Shown here: one piece after another, positions 49,365-59,112 of the stretch
Numbering within the stretch: position 1 is the first letter of the stretch
Layout: the number at the start of each line of letters is the position of its first letter
Assembly (NCBI GenBank): GCA_965261975.1
Contig: CBDHEC010000024.1
Coordinates: forward strand, 39,763-103,762
Direction: 5' to 3'
Length of the DNA: 64,000 nt
Source: Alphaproteobacteria bacterium
Lineage (GTDB): Bacteria > Pseudomonadota > Alphaproteobacteria > UBA6615
The notes under the pieces: model-generated
What the model was told of the DNA's origin: nothing
The model's input: only the letters and a program-made list of their open reading frames with translations
The model's database searches: none
Position numbers and translations under genes: made by a program

Positions 49365-51494
49365 TCAAGCCGTCCGGCCCGCGTCCCATTCCTTGAAGCT
49401 GGAACCGCCATCCGCCAACTCCCGCAGAAGTGCTGCGGGTTCCCATTTGTCGCCCCACTCACCGTGGTAGCGGTCCATGGTCGCGACGATCTCCGGCAAG
49501 CCGACCATGTCGGCATAGAACATCGGGCCGCCGCGCCAGCGCGGGAATCCGTAGCCGTGAAGCCAGATGACATCGATATCCGACGACCGGATCGCCATGC
49601 CCTCTTCGAGAATTTTCGCGCCCTCATTTATCAACTGATAAATACAGAGCTGCAGAATTTCCGAATCCGTGATCGCGCGCCGGGTAATCCCCATTTCCTC
49701 GGACCGCGCGGTGATCAGGGTCTCGATCTCATCGTCCGGCACCGCGTTGCGGCCCTCATAGCGATACCAGCCGGCACCGGTTTTCTGTCCGAAGCGTCCC
49801 TTCTCGCAGATCCGTCCCAGCAGGGGTGAAAACCGCTCATCGGCGGGACGCGTTTCGGCCCGGCGCTGCTCGATCGCCCAGCTGATATCGAGACCGGCCA
49901 GGTCCGAAACCCGGAACGGGCCCATGCGGAAACCAAACTCCTCCATGACCCGGTCGACGTCCTGGGGGGAGGCGCCTTCCTCAACCAAAAAGTCTCCCTG
50001 ACGCCAGAACGGCGCCAGCATCCGATTGCCCACAAACCCGTCGCACACGCCGACCACGACACCGGTCTTCCCGATCCGGGCCGACAGATCGAGCACGGTT
50101 GCAATAACCTCTTTATCTGTCTTCTCGGCTCGTACGATCTCGAGCAGGGTCATGACGTTCGCGGGGCTGAAAAAATGCAGGCCCAGCACGTCGCCCGGCC
50201 GTTTGGTGACGGCCGCGATCTCGTCCACGTCGAGGGTCGACGTGTTGGTCGCCAGAATGGCGCCGTCGCGGGCAAGCGCGTCCAACTCACCGAATATCTT
50301 CTGCTTGATGTCCATTTCTTCAAACACGGCTTCGATGATCAGGTCGGCCTCGGCTGCCGCGTTGACGCCGACCGCGCCGGTGATCAACGCCATGCGTGTT
50401 TCCATGTCTTCAGCGCTCAGGCGGCCGCGGTCGCGGGTGGCCGCATAATTTTCCCTGATCCGCGCAATTCCCCGGTCGAGCGCGGACTGTCCCGAATCGA
50501 TCAATGTCACCGGCATGCCAGCGTTGGCGAACGACATGGCAATTCCGCCGCCCATCGTACCCGCCCCGATGATCGCCACTCGTTCAATGGTTCGCTTCGG
50601 GGTATCCGCGGGAATGTCGGGAATCTTGGAAACCTGTCGTTCGGCGAAGAACGCGTGTACCAACGACCGGGACTCATCGGATGCCACCGCCTCGGTGCTG
50701 ATTTCCGCCTCGCGGGCCCATCCGTCGGCGAACGACATGGTCAATGTATTCGCGACACTTTCGAGGCACCTGAACGGCGCCCGCATGCCGCGCGCGGTTT
50801 TTTCGAGTTTCTGGCGGATTTCGCCGACCAGCGCCTCGCCGGCTTCGACATCCAGATCGATCGGCATTTCGCTGACCCGGCGCGGACCGATATCACCGGC
50901 GACCAGGTCTTCGGCAAACCTGACCGCATCGGCGCAGACATCATCGTCCTCCGCCACCCGGTCGACGAGGCCGATCTCCAGCGCTTTGGGCCCATCCACC
51001 GACGCGGCGCTGGTGATCATCTCAGCCGCGGTGCGAAAGCCAACAAGACGTGGCAGGCGTTGCGTGCCGCCCGCACCAGGGATGACACCGCGCAGGACCT
51101 CCGGCAGGCCGAGTCGGGCATCGCGATGGGTGACCCTGTAGTGGCAGCCGAGCGCGAGCTCCAGGCCGCCGCCCAGTGTCGGCCCGTGGATTGCCGCCAC
51201 TACCGGCTTGTCCATCGCCTCGATCAGATTCATCAGATCACGCGTCATGGGCCGGACCTGGCGGTCGGGCGTGTTGAACTCGCGGATGTCGGCGCCACCA
51301 CACAGGTTGCGGCCATTCCCGGAAATCACCACCGCCCTCGTCATATGGTCGCCGGCCGCCGTCTCGAGATAGTCGGCGATCGCCATTCGCACTTGTTTCG
51401 CAAGCGCGTTGACCGGCGGGTTGTTGATGGTGATCACAGCAACCGCACCGAAATTGCGATACTGCACAGGCTCGTTCGAACTGTTGCTGTTCAT
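49365..51494 (-). CDS. bifunctional enoyl-CoA hydratase / 3-hydroxyacyl-CoA dehydrogenase (FadB/FadJ-like), copy 2
   Basis: 709 aa. INNPPVNAL and LCGGADI crotonase half plus AIIGAGTMGGGIA dehydrogenase half. Colinear with copy 1. Confidence 0.85.
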   Translation of the reverse strand: MNSNSSNEPVQYRNFGAVAVITINNPPVNALAKQVRMAIADYLETAAGDHMTRAVVISGNGRNLCGGADIREFNTPDRQVRPMTRDLMNLIEAMDKPVVAAIHGPTLGGGLELALGCHYRVTHRDARLGLPEVLRGVIPGAGGTQRLPRLVGFRTAAEMITSAASVDGPKALEIGLVDRVAEDDDVCADAVRFAEDLVAGDIGPRRVSEMPIDLDVEAGEALVGEIRQKLEKTARGMRAPFRCLESVANTLTMSFADGWAREAEISTEAVASDESRSLVHAFFAERQVSKIPDIPADTPKRTIERVAIIGAGTMGGGIAMSFANAGMPVTLIDSGQSALDRGIARIRENYAATRDRGRLSAEDMETRMALITGAVGVNAAAEADLIIEAVFEEMDIKQKIFGELDALARDGAILATNTSTLDVDEIAAVTKRPGDVLGLHFFSPANVMTLLEIVRAEKTDKEVIATVLDLSARIGKTGVVVGVCDGFVGNRMLAPFWRQGDFLVEEGASPQDVDRVMEEFGFRMGPFRVSDLAGLDISWAIEQRRAETRPADERFSPLLGRICEKGRFGQKTGAGWYRYEGRNAVPDDEIETLITARSEEMGITRRAITDSEILQLCIYQLINEGAKILEEGMAIRSSDIDVIWLHGYGFPRWRGGPMFYADMVGLPEIVATMDRYHGEWGDKWEPAALLRELADGGSSFKEWDAGRTA

Positions 51495-51701
51495 GTTCCT
51501 TCAGATCGCATCGTGCGGCGTGGATTCCAGATTTACACTTCACGAGAATTCTTCACAATCATCCAAATGTCTGGACCGCGTTCAGCGTATGGCTGCCGCG
51601 CCATACCATGGTACCCGACAGCTCGCGCAACCCTCTGTCGATTGCTAAAATACGCGTCCCAGCCTCTCAGTTGGCCGCACCGGCCGGACAAGCGGAAAAC
51701 C

Positions 51702-53096
51702 ATGAGCGAACTAGTGAGAGCGCGGTTCAACACCGCACAATTGTTCGGATTGCTGACAACGATCGTCGCGGCAATCCTGCTCGCGGCACCGCTATGGACC
51801 GAAACGCCCGGCGTCCTGCCCGCCGCCGGCGTGATCCTGTTCGCCATCGGTTTTTGGGCCACCGACGCGATCCCGCCCTACATCACGGCGCTGCTTCTGT
51901 TCCTGCTGACGGTGGTGTTCTCGATCGCGCCACCGAACGTCGCCTTCTCGGGCTTCCATGCCAGCGCCACCTGGCTGGTGTTCGGCGGCTTCGTTATCTC
52001 GATCGCGGTCCACAAATCCGGCCTCGCCGCCCGCATGGTCCAGGCGCTGATGGCCCATCTGCCGGCACGCTACCTGCTGATGGCCGGGGGTCTGGCGATC
52101 GGCGGCATGCTGCTCAGTTTCATCATGCCCTCGGCGTCGGGACGCGCCATCATGATGGCGCCACTGGCCGTCGCGGTCGCGACCGAACTAGGGTTCGGCG
52201 AGAACACGCGCGCGCGCCACGGCCTGGTTCTTGCCGCCGGCTGGGGGACGACGATCCCCGCCTTCGGAATTCTGCCGTCCAACGTCGTCAACATGGCCTT
52301 CGTCGGCGCATCCGAAAGCATCTTCGACATCGGCTTCACCTATTTCGGTTACACCTTCCTGAACTTCCCGGTGGTCGGATTTCTCGGCGCGCTCGTCGTG
52401 ATCGTGCTGATCACCATCCTGTTCGGCGCGAAGCCCGAACCCAAGGGCAAGCCGGCGATGCAGACGGGCTGGAGCAGCGCCGAGCGCCGCCTGATGGGCA
52501 TCATGTTGATCGCCCTGGCGCTGTGGATGACGGACTCGCTGCACGGCATCTCGCCGGCCTGGGTCGCACTCGCCGCCGCGTTGCTCTGCATCACCCCCGG
52601 GATCGGCATGCTGCAGGCCTCGGTCATCACATCGGAAGTCAACTACGGGGCGTGGCTGTTTGTGGCCGGCGTGATCGGCATGGGCGCGATCGCCAACCAT
52701 TCCGGGGTCGGCGGCGCGATGGGCGAACTTCTGCTCGCGCATATCCCGCTGACCCATGACGGCGGCATCGTCACCTTCTACGAAATCTTCGCGATCAGCG
52801 CCGCCGTGGGCGTGGTCACGACCTTTCCTGCCGTCCCCCCGATCGTGACCTCCTTCTCCGACGCCATCGCGCAAGCCACCGGCTGGCCTTTGAAGTCCGT
52901 GCTGCTGGTCCAGGTCCCAAGCTGGATGATCTACCCCTTCCCCCATGAAGCACCGCCGGTGGCGATGGCCATGGCTGTTGGCGGTGTACCCATGCGTGAG
53001 GCGTTTCGGTTGACCTCGGTCTACTTCGTGATCGGTATTCTGCTCATCTTGCCCCTGCAATATCTGTGGGGCCGGATGCTCGGCGTCTATTTCTAG
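51702..53096 (+). CDS. anion permease (DASS/SLC13 or ArsB/NhaD-superfamily transporter)
   Basis: Only the last 464 codons of the 973-aa track ORF. Highly hydrophobic with two-fold repeat architecture, and a WATDAIPPYITALL-type motif. Confidence 0.7.
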   Translation: MSELVRARFNTAQLFGLLTTIVAAILLAAPLWTETPGVLPAAGVILFAIGFWATDAIPPYITALLLFLLTVVFSIAPPNVAFSGFHASATWLVFGGFVISIAVHKSGLAARMVQALMAHLPARYLLMAGGLAIGGMLLSFIMPSASGRAIMMAPLAVAVATELGFGENTRARHGLVLAAGWGTTIPAFGILPSNVVNMAFVGASESIFDIGFTYFGYTFLNFPVVGFLGALVVIVLITILFGAKPEPKGKPAMQTGWSSAERRLMGIMLIALALWMTDSLHGISPAWVALAAALLCITPGIGMLQASVITSEVNYGAWLFVAGVIGMGAIANHSGVGGAMGELLLAHIPLTHDGGIVTFYEIFAISAAVGVVTTFPAVPPIVTSFSDAIAQATGWPLKSVLLVQVPSWMIYPFPHEAPPVAMAMAVGGVPMREAFRLTSVYFVIGILLILPLQYLWGRMLGVYF

Positions 53097-53133
53097 GGCA
53101 AGGCCCTCTCAAACAGGAAAAGGGAGACACCCC

Positions 53134-53445
53134 ATGCTGTTCATGGTGCGAATCAAGGTTGAACTGCCGGGCGAGATGGACCCGGCGAAGGTCAAGGCGC
53201 TGGGCGACGCGGAGGCCGACCGGGCGATCGAGCTGATCCAGGCCGGCCGGATGCGCAAGGTCTGGCGGATCGTCGGCGAACGCGCGAACTTCTCGATCTG
53301 GGAAGCCGACAGCCTGGAAGACTTCCACGCCGACATTTCCTCGCTGCCGCTCCACCCCTGGATGACCGTCGAGGTCACGCCGATGATCGAGCATCCGGCC
53401 ACACAGGCCTATGAGGATCGCGTCGGGCCCTTCCCGACAATCTAG
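53134..53445 (+). CDS. muconolactone delta-isomerase family protein
   Basis: 103 aa. MLFMVRIKVELPGEMDPAKVKAL...WRIVGERANFSIWEADSLEDFHADISSLPLHPWMTVEVTPM is colinear with CatC as I recall it. Confidence 0.75.
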   Translation: MLFMVRIKVELPGEMDPAKVKALGDAEADRAIELIQAGRMRKVWRIVGERANFSIWEADSLEDFHADISSLPLHPWMTVEVTPMIEHPATQAYEDRVGPFPTI

Positions 53446-53455
53446 GCGCAGCGGC

Positions 53456-54259
53456 CTAGTAGCCGCGCTCGGCCTTGAGTTCGGAGACCGGACGGAAATA
53501 GTCCGGGTAACGCTCGGAAATACGCGCGCCGGGATAGAAGGCGGCCGCGAAGGACGGCCGTTCGCGAATGCGCGCGAGCCAGGCCGTCATCTCGGGCAGA
53601 TCGTCTTCCCACAGGAAGGCATAGCCAAGATCGTCCATGCGATCGATCAGCGGCGTCACCTGGGCATCCACCATCGTGTACTGATCCCCCATGATCCACG
53701 GCCCGCCGAGTTCGTTGATCGTCGCGTCGATCCGCTCGCAGGTCTGCCTGATCTGGAACTCGGCATTTTCGAGTTCGTCCTTGCCGAAGCCGGTCTGGGA
53801 CATGCGCTGATAGAACTGCTTGCGAAGCGGCAGCCGGTCCGCATGGGCGGCGAACTCGTCATTGCTCGCCTTGGCGAACCGCATGGGCGCCAGCATGTTG
53901 GCAAAGGTCGGCACGCGCACCGCGACCGTCGGCACCTCGTCGATGTAACGCATCCAGGCGCGCATCCGGGCGCGCCCGACCGCATCGCCGGGCGCCAGTG
54001 CGGGATCGGGAATAATCTCCTCGAGATACTCCAGAATAGCCGAGGATTCGATCAGGATCGTGCCGTCATGCACGAAGGTCGGGACCACGCCATTGGGATT
54101 GATCTTCAGATAGTCCGGCTCGAGCTGCTCGAACTTTCCCAGATCGATGTCGTGCTCGACCCAGTCCTTGTTCATTTCAGGCAGGCCCTTCTCGGCCAGA
54201 GTGATTCGCACCTTCTGGCTGCAGGTCGACTGGGGCGCCTGATACATCTCGATCTTCAT
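53456..54259 (-). CDS. glutathione S-transferase family protein (LigF/GDAP1-like long form), copy 1
   Basis: Last 267 codons of the track ORF. N-terminal STCSQKVRITLAEKGL, INPNGVVPTFVHDG and ESSAILEYLEE thioredoxin-fold motifs. Confidence 0.8.
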   Translation of the reverse strand: MKIEMYQAPQSTCSQKVRITLAEKGLPEMNKDWVEHDIDLGKFEQLEPDYLKINPNGVVPTFVHDGTILIESSAILEYLEEIIPDPALAPGDAVGRARMRAWMRYIDEVPTVAVRVPTFANMLAPMRFAKASNDEFAAHADRLPLRKQFYQRMSQTGFGKDELENAEFQIRQTCERIDATINELGGPWIMGDQYTMVDAQVTPLIDRMDDLGYAFLWEDDLPEMTAWLARIRERPSFAAAFYPGARISERYPDYFRPVSELKAERGY

Positions 54260-55029
54260 TCGGACTCTCCGTCGGCAAAAAATTGCGGATACTTGTCGCT
54301 GACATTCGTGTTGGCATAGAACGCCGTCGAAAATGACGGGCGCGCCTTGATACGTTCGAACCAGGCCGTCATCTCGGGCAGGTCGGGTTCCCAGACCGGG
54401 CCGTAGCCAAGATCGGCCATGCGTTGAATCAGCGGTGTCAGCGTAACGTCGATGAGCGTGTACTGCGCGCCCAGGATCCAGGGGCCGCCGGTCTCGCGCA
54501 CCGCGGCATCGATGCGTTCGCACGTCTGGCGTATCTGTGCAATCGCATTGTCCATCTCCTCTTCCGAGAAGCCGTCCACCTGTCCCATGCGGCGATAGAA
54601 CGCCTTTCGGAGCGGCATTTTCTCGACCCGCGCCTCGAAATCCTCAGGCGCCGCATTCTCATAGCGCAGCGGCCTGAACACCTTGTTGAAAGATGGGACA
54701 CGAACCGCCGGGGTCGGCACCTCTTCCATGTAACGCATCCATATCCGCAGCCGCGCGCGTCCCAGCGCATCGGCCGGCGACAGGGAAGGTTCGGGATGGA
54801 TCTCATCGAGATACTCGACAATCACCGAGGATTCGATCACCGGTTCGCCGTCGTGGATAAGGGTGGGTACGACCCCGTTCGGGTTGAGCTTGAGATAGTC
54901 ATCCGTCAGGTGATCGCCCGATGCGAAATGCATCACATGGCTCTCCCAATCGAGCCCCTTTTCAGCGAGGCAGATGCGCACCTTCTGGCTGCAGGTCGAA
55001 TGATCTGAATGATAGAGCTCAAGCCCCAT
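54256..55029 (-). CDS. glutathione S-transferase family protein, copy 2 (tandem paralogue)
   Basis: Start at Met20 of the track ORF. Colinear with copy 1 (STCSQKVRICLAEKGL, LNPNGVVPTLIHDG, IRQTCERIDA, DLPEMTAW). 4-nt overlap with copy 1. Confidence 0.8.
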   Translation of the reverse strand: MGLELYHSDHSTCSQKVRICLAEKGLDWESHVMHFASGDHLTDDYLKLNPNGVVPTLIHDGEPVIESSVIVEYLDEIHPEPSLSPADALGRARLRIWMRYMEEVPTPAVRVPSFNKVFRPLRYENAAPEDFEARVEKMPLRKAFYRRMGQVDGFSEEEMDNAIAQIRQTCERIDAAVRETGGPWILGAQYTLIDVTLTPLIQRMADLGYGPVWEPDLPEMTAWFERIKARPSFSTAFYANTNVSDKYPQFFADGESE

Positions 55030-55134
55030 GGCCTGCTTCTCCCGAAATGTTGAAGCGCCTTCTATGGACGCAATCTTCGAAGCCATTATACCAAGGGCGA
55101 CGACAAACTTCGCGACCGCCGGTCAACAACTGCC

Positions 55135-56181
55135 ATGCACAATCCACATATCGTTTCAGCCCTTCTGACCCTGGCATTCTTCGCGCTGGCCACGCCCACC
55201 TCCGCCGACCCCGTGGACCTGACCGACTGGCCCGACCACACGACGATCTCCGGCGCGCGCGGTGAGCTCGTCACCTATCCAAGCCACAGCCCGTTTACGC
55301 TCTGGGAAGTCGGCAAGAGCGAAATGCTCGACCCGCCGACCGAGGCCCGCGCCGCGTTGTTCCTGCCGGACGGCGCAAGCGCCGAGGCCCCGGTTCCCGC
55401 CGTCGTGTTGTTGCATGGCGCGGCCGGCGTTCTGGGAGCGCGCGAGCTGACCTACGGCGCCCAGTTCGCCGAAATGGGCGTGGCCGCACTGGTGGTCGAC
55501 GCCTTCGGCGCCAGGCGCGACCAGGCCTCCGGGTTTATCGACCGCTTACTCAACATCACCGAGACCATGGCCCTGGCCGATGCCTATTCCGGGCTGCGGT
55601 TCCTGGACCGCCTGCCCGAGGTCGACGGGGACCGGGTCGCCCTGATGGGATTCTCCTATGGCGGGATATCGACCATGCTCGCCGCGTTTGCGCAAACGGC
55701 GGAGACGTTGAATCCCGATGGCAAGCGGTTCGCGGCCCATGTCGCCTTCTACGGTCCCTGTATCGCGCGCTTCGACGACACCCGGGCAACCGGCGCGCCG
55801 GTGCTTCTTCTCGCAGGATCGGAGGACGGCATCGTCGACCCCGAACGCTGCCGCGAGATCGTTGAAGATTTGCAGGAAGGCGGCGCCGACGCCGAATTCG
55901 TTCTGTATGACGGTGCCTATCATCAGTGGGACGGCAGCTTTCCCGGGCCGCGCACCATCGGGCGCAATCTCGCCGACTGCGATCTCAACGTGAATGCGAA
56001 AGGCGTCGTGCGCGACACCCTCACCCTGTTGCCGATGTCCGGACCGTTCCTGCGCAAGGTGATATTGGGCGTGTGCTCGGACTCGGACGGCTATCTGATC
56101 GGCCGGGACGACGCGATCCGAGATCGTTCGAACCGGGACGTGGGCGCATTCCTGATGCGCACCTTCAACGGCAAGCGCTAG
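55135..56181 (+). CDS. exported dienelactone hydrolase-family alpha/beta hydrolase
   Basis: Signal peptide MHNPHIVSALLTLAFFALATPTSA. Nucleophile elbow GFSYGG (Ser rather than the Cys of classical DLH). Confidence 0.7.
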   Translation: MHNPHIVSALLTLAFFALATPTSADPVDLTDWPDHTTISGARGELVTYPSHSPFTLWEVGKSEMLDPPTEARAALFLPDGASAEAPVPAVVLLHGAAGVLGARELTYGAQFAEMGVAALVVDAFGARRDQASGFIDRLLNITETMALADAYSGLRFLDRLPEVDGDRVALMGFSYGGISTMLAAFAQTAETLNPDGKRFAAHVAFYGPCIARFDDTRATGAPVLLLAGSEDGIVDPERCREIVEDLQEGGADAEFVLYDGAYHQWDGSFPGPRTIGRNLADCDLNVNAKGVVRDTLTLLPMSGPFLRKVILGVCSDSDGYLIGRDDAIRDRSNRDVGAFLMRTFNGKR

Positions 56182-56773
56182 GCCCGCAGCTCCAGTACTT
56201 CAGCGGCTCGGCCCAGCCCGTCGGCACCTTCACGCGGAATGTATTGAGCAATGCAGACACGTGGTTGTAGTGGCCGAAGATTGCAATCAGTTCGACCAGC
56301 TTCGGTTCGCCAAACATCTCGATGGCCCGGTCATAGACCTCATCGCTCACCTGTTTCGTCTCGAGCAGCTCGGTGAACAGGTCATAGACCAGCTCCTGAT
56401 CGGCATGCTCAAAGACGGGCCGCGTGCGCGCCTCAATGGCATCGATGATCGCCGGGTCGATCCCGGCCTTCAGGGCCTCGACCTTGTGGACACACCATTC
56501 GAGTTGCGCCGACCAATGGCGAGACGTCATCACGATGACCAGCTCGGAAATACGCTTCTCGTGGCTCGACCCGTGGCGCGCATAGTCGCCGAACGCGAAG
56601 GCCCGTTCCGCCAGGGGCGGGCAGCGCAGCCAGGCATTCATCGGCCCGATGATCTGCCCGGTCTTGCTGGCGATCATGCGTTCGGCCATCGCCCGCTGGG
56701 CGTCGTCCATATCGGCCTCGGTCAGCCGTTTGAGCCGCCCATCCATGCCGTCATCGGATGTTGCCTGTGTCAT
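56165..56773 (-). CDS. carboxymuconolactone decarboxylase (CMD/AhpD-like) family protein, copy 1
   Basis: 202 aa. ELVIVMTSRHWSAQLEWCVHKVEALKAG is typical of the CMD domain. Confidence 0.7.
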   Translation of the reverse strand: MTQATSDDGMDGRLKRLTEADMDDAQRAMAERMIASKTGQIIGPMNAWLRCPPLAERAFAFGDYARHGSSHEKRISELVIVMTSRHWSAQLEWCVHKVEALKAGIDPAIIDAIEARTRPVFEHADQELVYDLFTELLETKQVSDEVYDRAIEMFGEPKLVELIAIFGHYNHVSALLNTFRVKVPTGWAEPLKYWSCGPSACR

Positions 56774-56793
56774 CTCAATCGTCTCCTCACGGT

Positions 56794-57442
56794 CTATTGT
56801 TCATTTCGACGGGCCGTCACGACGAAGAGCGGATCGCCCGACACGCCCGAGGGTGACAGGTCCAGCCCCACCGGTTCATCGAACCCGCCCGCATGACGGA
56901 AATAGGCCCCCACGAGACCGGCATGCTCGCTGTCCCCCAATGCTTGCCAGATCGCGACCGCCTTGGTCGGGAAGCAGCGGTTGGAGAAGGAGACCACACA
57001 TGGGCCGCCCGGCGCGAACACCCGCGCGATCTCCGCGAAAACGTCCAGCGGACGGGTGAGGTACTGCACCGATAGCGCGATCACGCAGGCGTCGAACGCC
57101 CCGTCCGGGTATGGCAGGCCGGGATCGGCATTGAGGTTTTGCACATGGCACGCGGTGAGCCGCGGGTTGGCCTCGAGTTCCGCCCGGTTCATGCCCAGCC
57201 CGGAGACCGCGACGAAATCCATCTCCTCGGGCAGATGGGAGACCCAGCTCGACATCAGGTCGAGCACCCGCCCCCCCGGCGGGCAGCGCTTCCCGGTAGA
57301 AGGCGGTCAACGCCGCACGCCCGGCATCGTCGAGATGCTGGACCATGCGCTCGGGCACATAGAAGGCCGCATCGTCGGCCTCGTCTTGCCGCGCGAAATG
57401 CTCGGGCTTGAACGGGGATTCCGGGCCGTCGGTATCAGACAT
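56794..57442 (-). pseudogene. class I SAM-dependent methyltransferase interrupted by a +1 frameshift in a G7 run
   Basis: The N-terminal 57 codons (57442 downwards, ...AFYREALPAGG) and the C-terminal 157 codons (57267-56794, VLDLMSSWVSHLP...) are in different frames. Removing one base of the C7 run at 57271-57277 restores LPAGGRVLDLMSSW. Confidence 0.75.
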
Positions 57443-57447
57443 TCACG

Positions 57448-59037
57448 CTAGTAACCGGCCGCCGTGCCATCGCTGCGTGGGTCGGCCCCCGCCTCGATGA
57501 TCCCGTCGGGTCGACGCACCAGCGCGCCGGCATGGCCCATCAGGTCGCTGAAGGGTCCGACCACCTCGACATCGTGGCCCGCCGCGCGCAGCGCCTCGAT
57601 GACATGGTCCGGGAACCGGGATTCGATCTTGAGGTTGGTGCTGTCGCTGCCCCAGGTGCGACCGAGCAGCCAGCGCGGCGCGGAGATCGCGGCCTGCACC
57701 GGCATGCCGAAACGTACATGCCGGGAGAATATCGCGGCCTGGGTCTGGGGCTGCCCCTCGCCGCCCATGGTGCCATAGGACATCACCCGCCCGTCGTCGA
57801 AGCGCGCCATCGCCGGGTTGAGCGTATGGAAGGGCTTGCGGCCGGGCTGCAGCGGGTTCAGCGCGTCGGGATCGAGCGCGAAACTGGCGCCGCGATTCTG
57901 CCATGTGATACCCGTCTCGGGCAGGACCACGCCCGAGCCGAACTCCCAGTAGATGCTCTGGATGAAACTCACGGCGTTTCCGTGGCTGTCGATCACGCCC
58001 AGCCAGACCGTGTCGCTGTCGGTACCCCCACGACTCCAGTTACCCGCCTGCTTCGGATCGATGGCGCCGGCGAGACCGGCAATCACCTCGGGTGTCAGGA
58101 AGGTCTCGGGCGCGGGGTCCATATGCGCAGGGTCGGTAATGTGCCGGTCGCGAATGGCGAAGGCCTGCTTGCTCGCCTCGACCAGCAGATGGACAAAATC
58201 GAAGTCGTCAGGCTCGGCGCAATCGAGCTGGTCGAAGGCCCCGAGAATGAGCAGCGAGGCCAATCCCTGGGTCGGCGGCGGCATGTTGTAGAGCGTGGTG
58301 TCGCCGAGGCGCAGTGACAATGGCGGCTTGGTGACGGCCTGATGTGCGGCGAGGTCCTCGGCCTGCACCGGGCTGCCCACCGCCGCAAGATCGGCGGCAA
58401 TCGCCCGGGCCAGGTCCCCGCGATAGAAATCCTCGATCCCCGCATCCGCGATGCGCTGGAGGGTCGCCGCCAGGCGCGGCTGGCGAAAGACGTCGCCGCG
58501 CGACGGCACCGCGCCGCCGGGGGTGTAGACGTCGGTGAAGCCGGTGGCCGAGCCCATCTCCGGCAGTTTTTCGGTCGTGTTGCGCACCTGGCCCTCGGTG
58601 ACGGCCATGCCGTTTTCGGCATAGCCGATGGCATCACCCAGCAGCCGGGATAACGGCAGGTTCCCCCCCATCTGCTTCGAGAGTTGCTGTGCCGCGCCCC
58701 AGCCCGACACGGTTCCCGCCACGGTCACCGCCGCGAGCGGCCCGCGCGACGGGACGGCGTCGAGGCCTTCTTCGGTATAGCGTTCAATCGTCGCGCCCGA
58801 CCCCGCTGCCCCGCACGCATCGATCGCGATCGGGTCGCCGTTCGCCGGGGAAATCACCCAGAAGCCGTCGCCACCGATCGAGTTCATGTGCGGATAGACG
58901 ACGGCAATGGCCGCCGCCGCGGCGATCATCGCCTCGAGCGCGTTGCCGCCCTCTCTGAGCACGGACAGGCCGGCTTCGGCGGCAAGGTGATGGGGCGCCA
59001 CGACCATTCCGTGGGGGGCAAATCTGGAATTCAGCAT
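57448..59037 (-). CDS. gamma-glutamyltransferase-family Ntn hydrolase, cytoplasmic type, copy 2
   Basis: Start at Met20 of the track ORF. No signal peptide. SDTVWLGVIDSHGNAVSFIQS nucleophile region. C-terminal GADPRSDGTAAGY. Confidence 0.8.
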   Translation of the reverse strand: MLNSRFAPHGMVVAPHHLAAEAGLSVLREGGNALEAMIAAAAAIAVVYPHMNSIGGDGFWVISPANGDPIAIDACGAAGSGATIERYTEEGLDAVPSRGPLAAVTVAGTVSGWGAAQQLSKQMGGNLPLSRLLGDAIGYAENGMAVTEGQVRNTTEKLPEMGSATGFTDVYTPGGAVPSRGDVFRQPRLAATLQRIADAGIEDFYRGDLARAIAADLAAVGSPVQAEDLAAHQAVTKPPLSLRLGDTTLYNMPPPTQGLASLLILGAFDQLDCAEPDDFDFVHLLVEASKQAFAIRDRHITDPAHMDPAPETFLTPEVIAGLAGAIDPKQAGNWSRGGTDSDTVWLGVIDSHGNAVSFIQSIYWEFGSGVVLPETGITWQNRGASFALDPDALNPLQPGRKPFHTLNPAMARFDDGRVMSYGTMGGEGQPQTQAAIFSRHVRFGMPVQAAISAPRWLLGRTWGSDSTNLKIESRFPDHVIEALRAAGHDVEVVGPFSDLMGHAGALVRRPDGIIEAGADPRSDGTAAGY

Positions 59038-59112
59038 AGGTAACCAACGATCCTGTATGCGTTCGGGCGGCACCAACTGGTACCGCCCGCACAACTCTAA
59101 ACGGTTCTGCGC

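Noticed and set aside
50175-51701. N-terminal 509 codons of the 973-aa track ORF 50175-53096.
   Set aside because: This part is antisense to fadB-like copy 2 and runs through the intergenic region. Only the last 464 codons, from the ATG at 51702, are hydrophobic transporter sequence.
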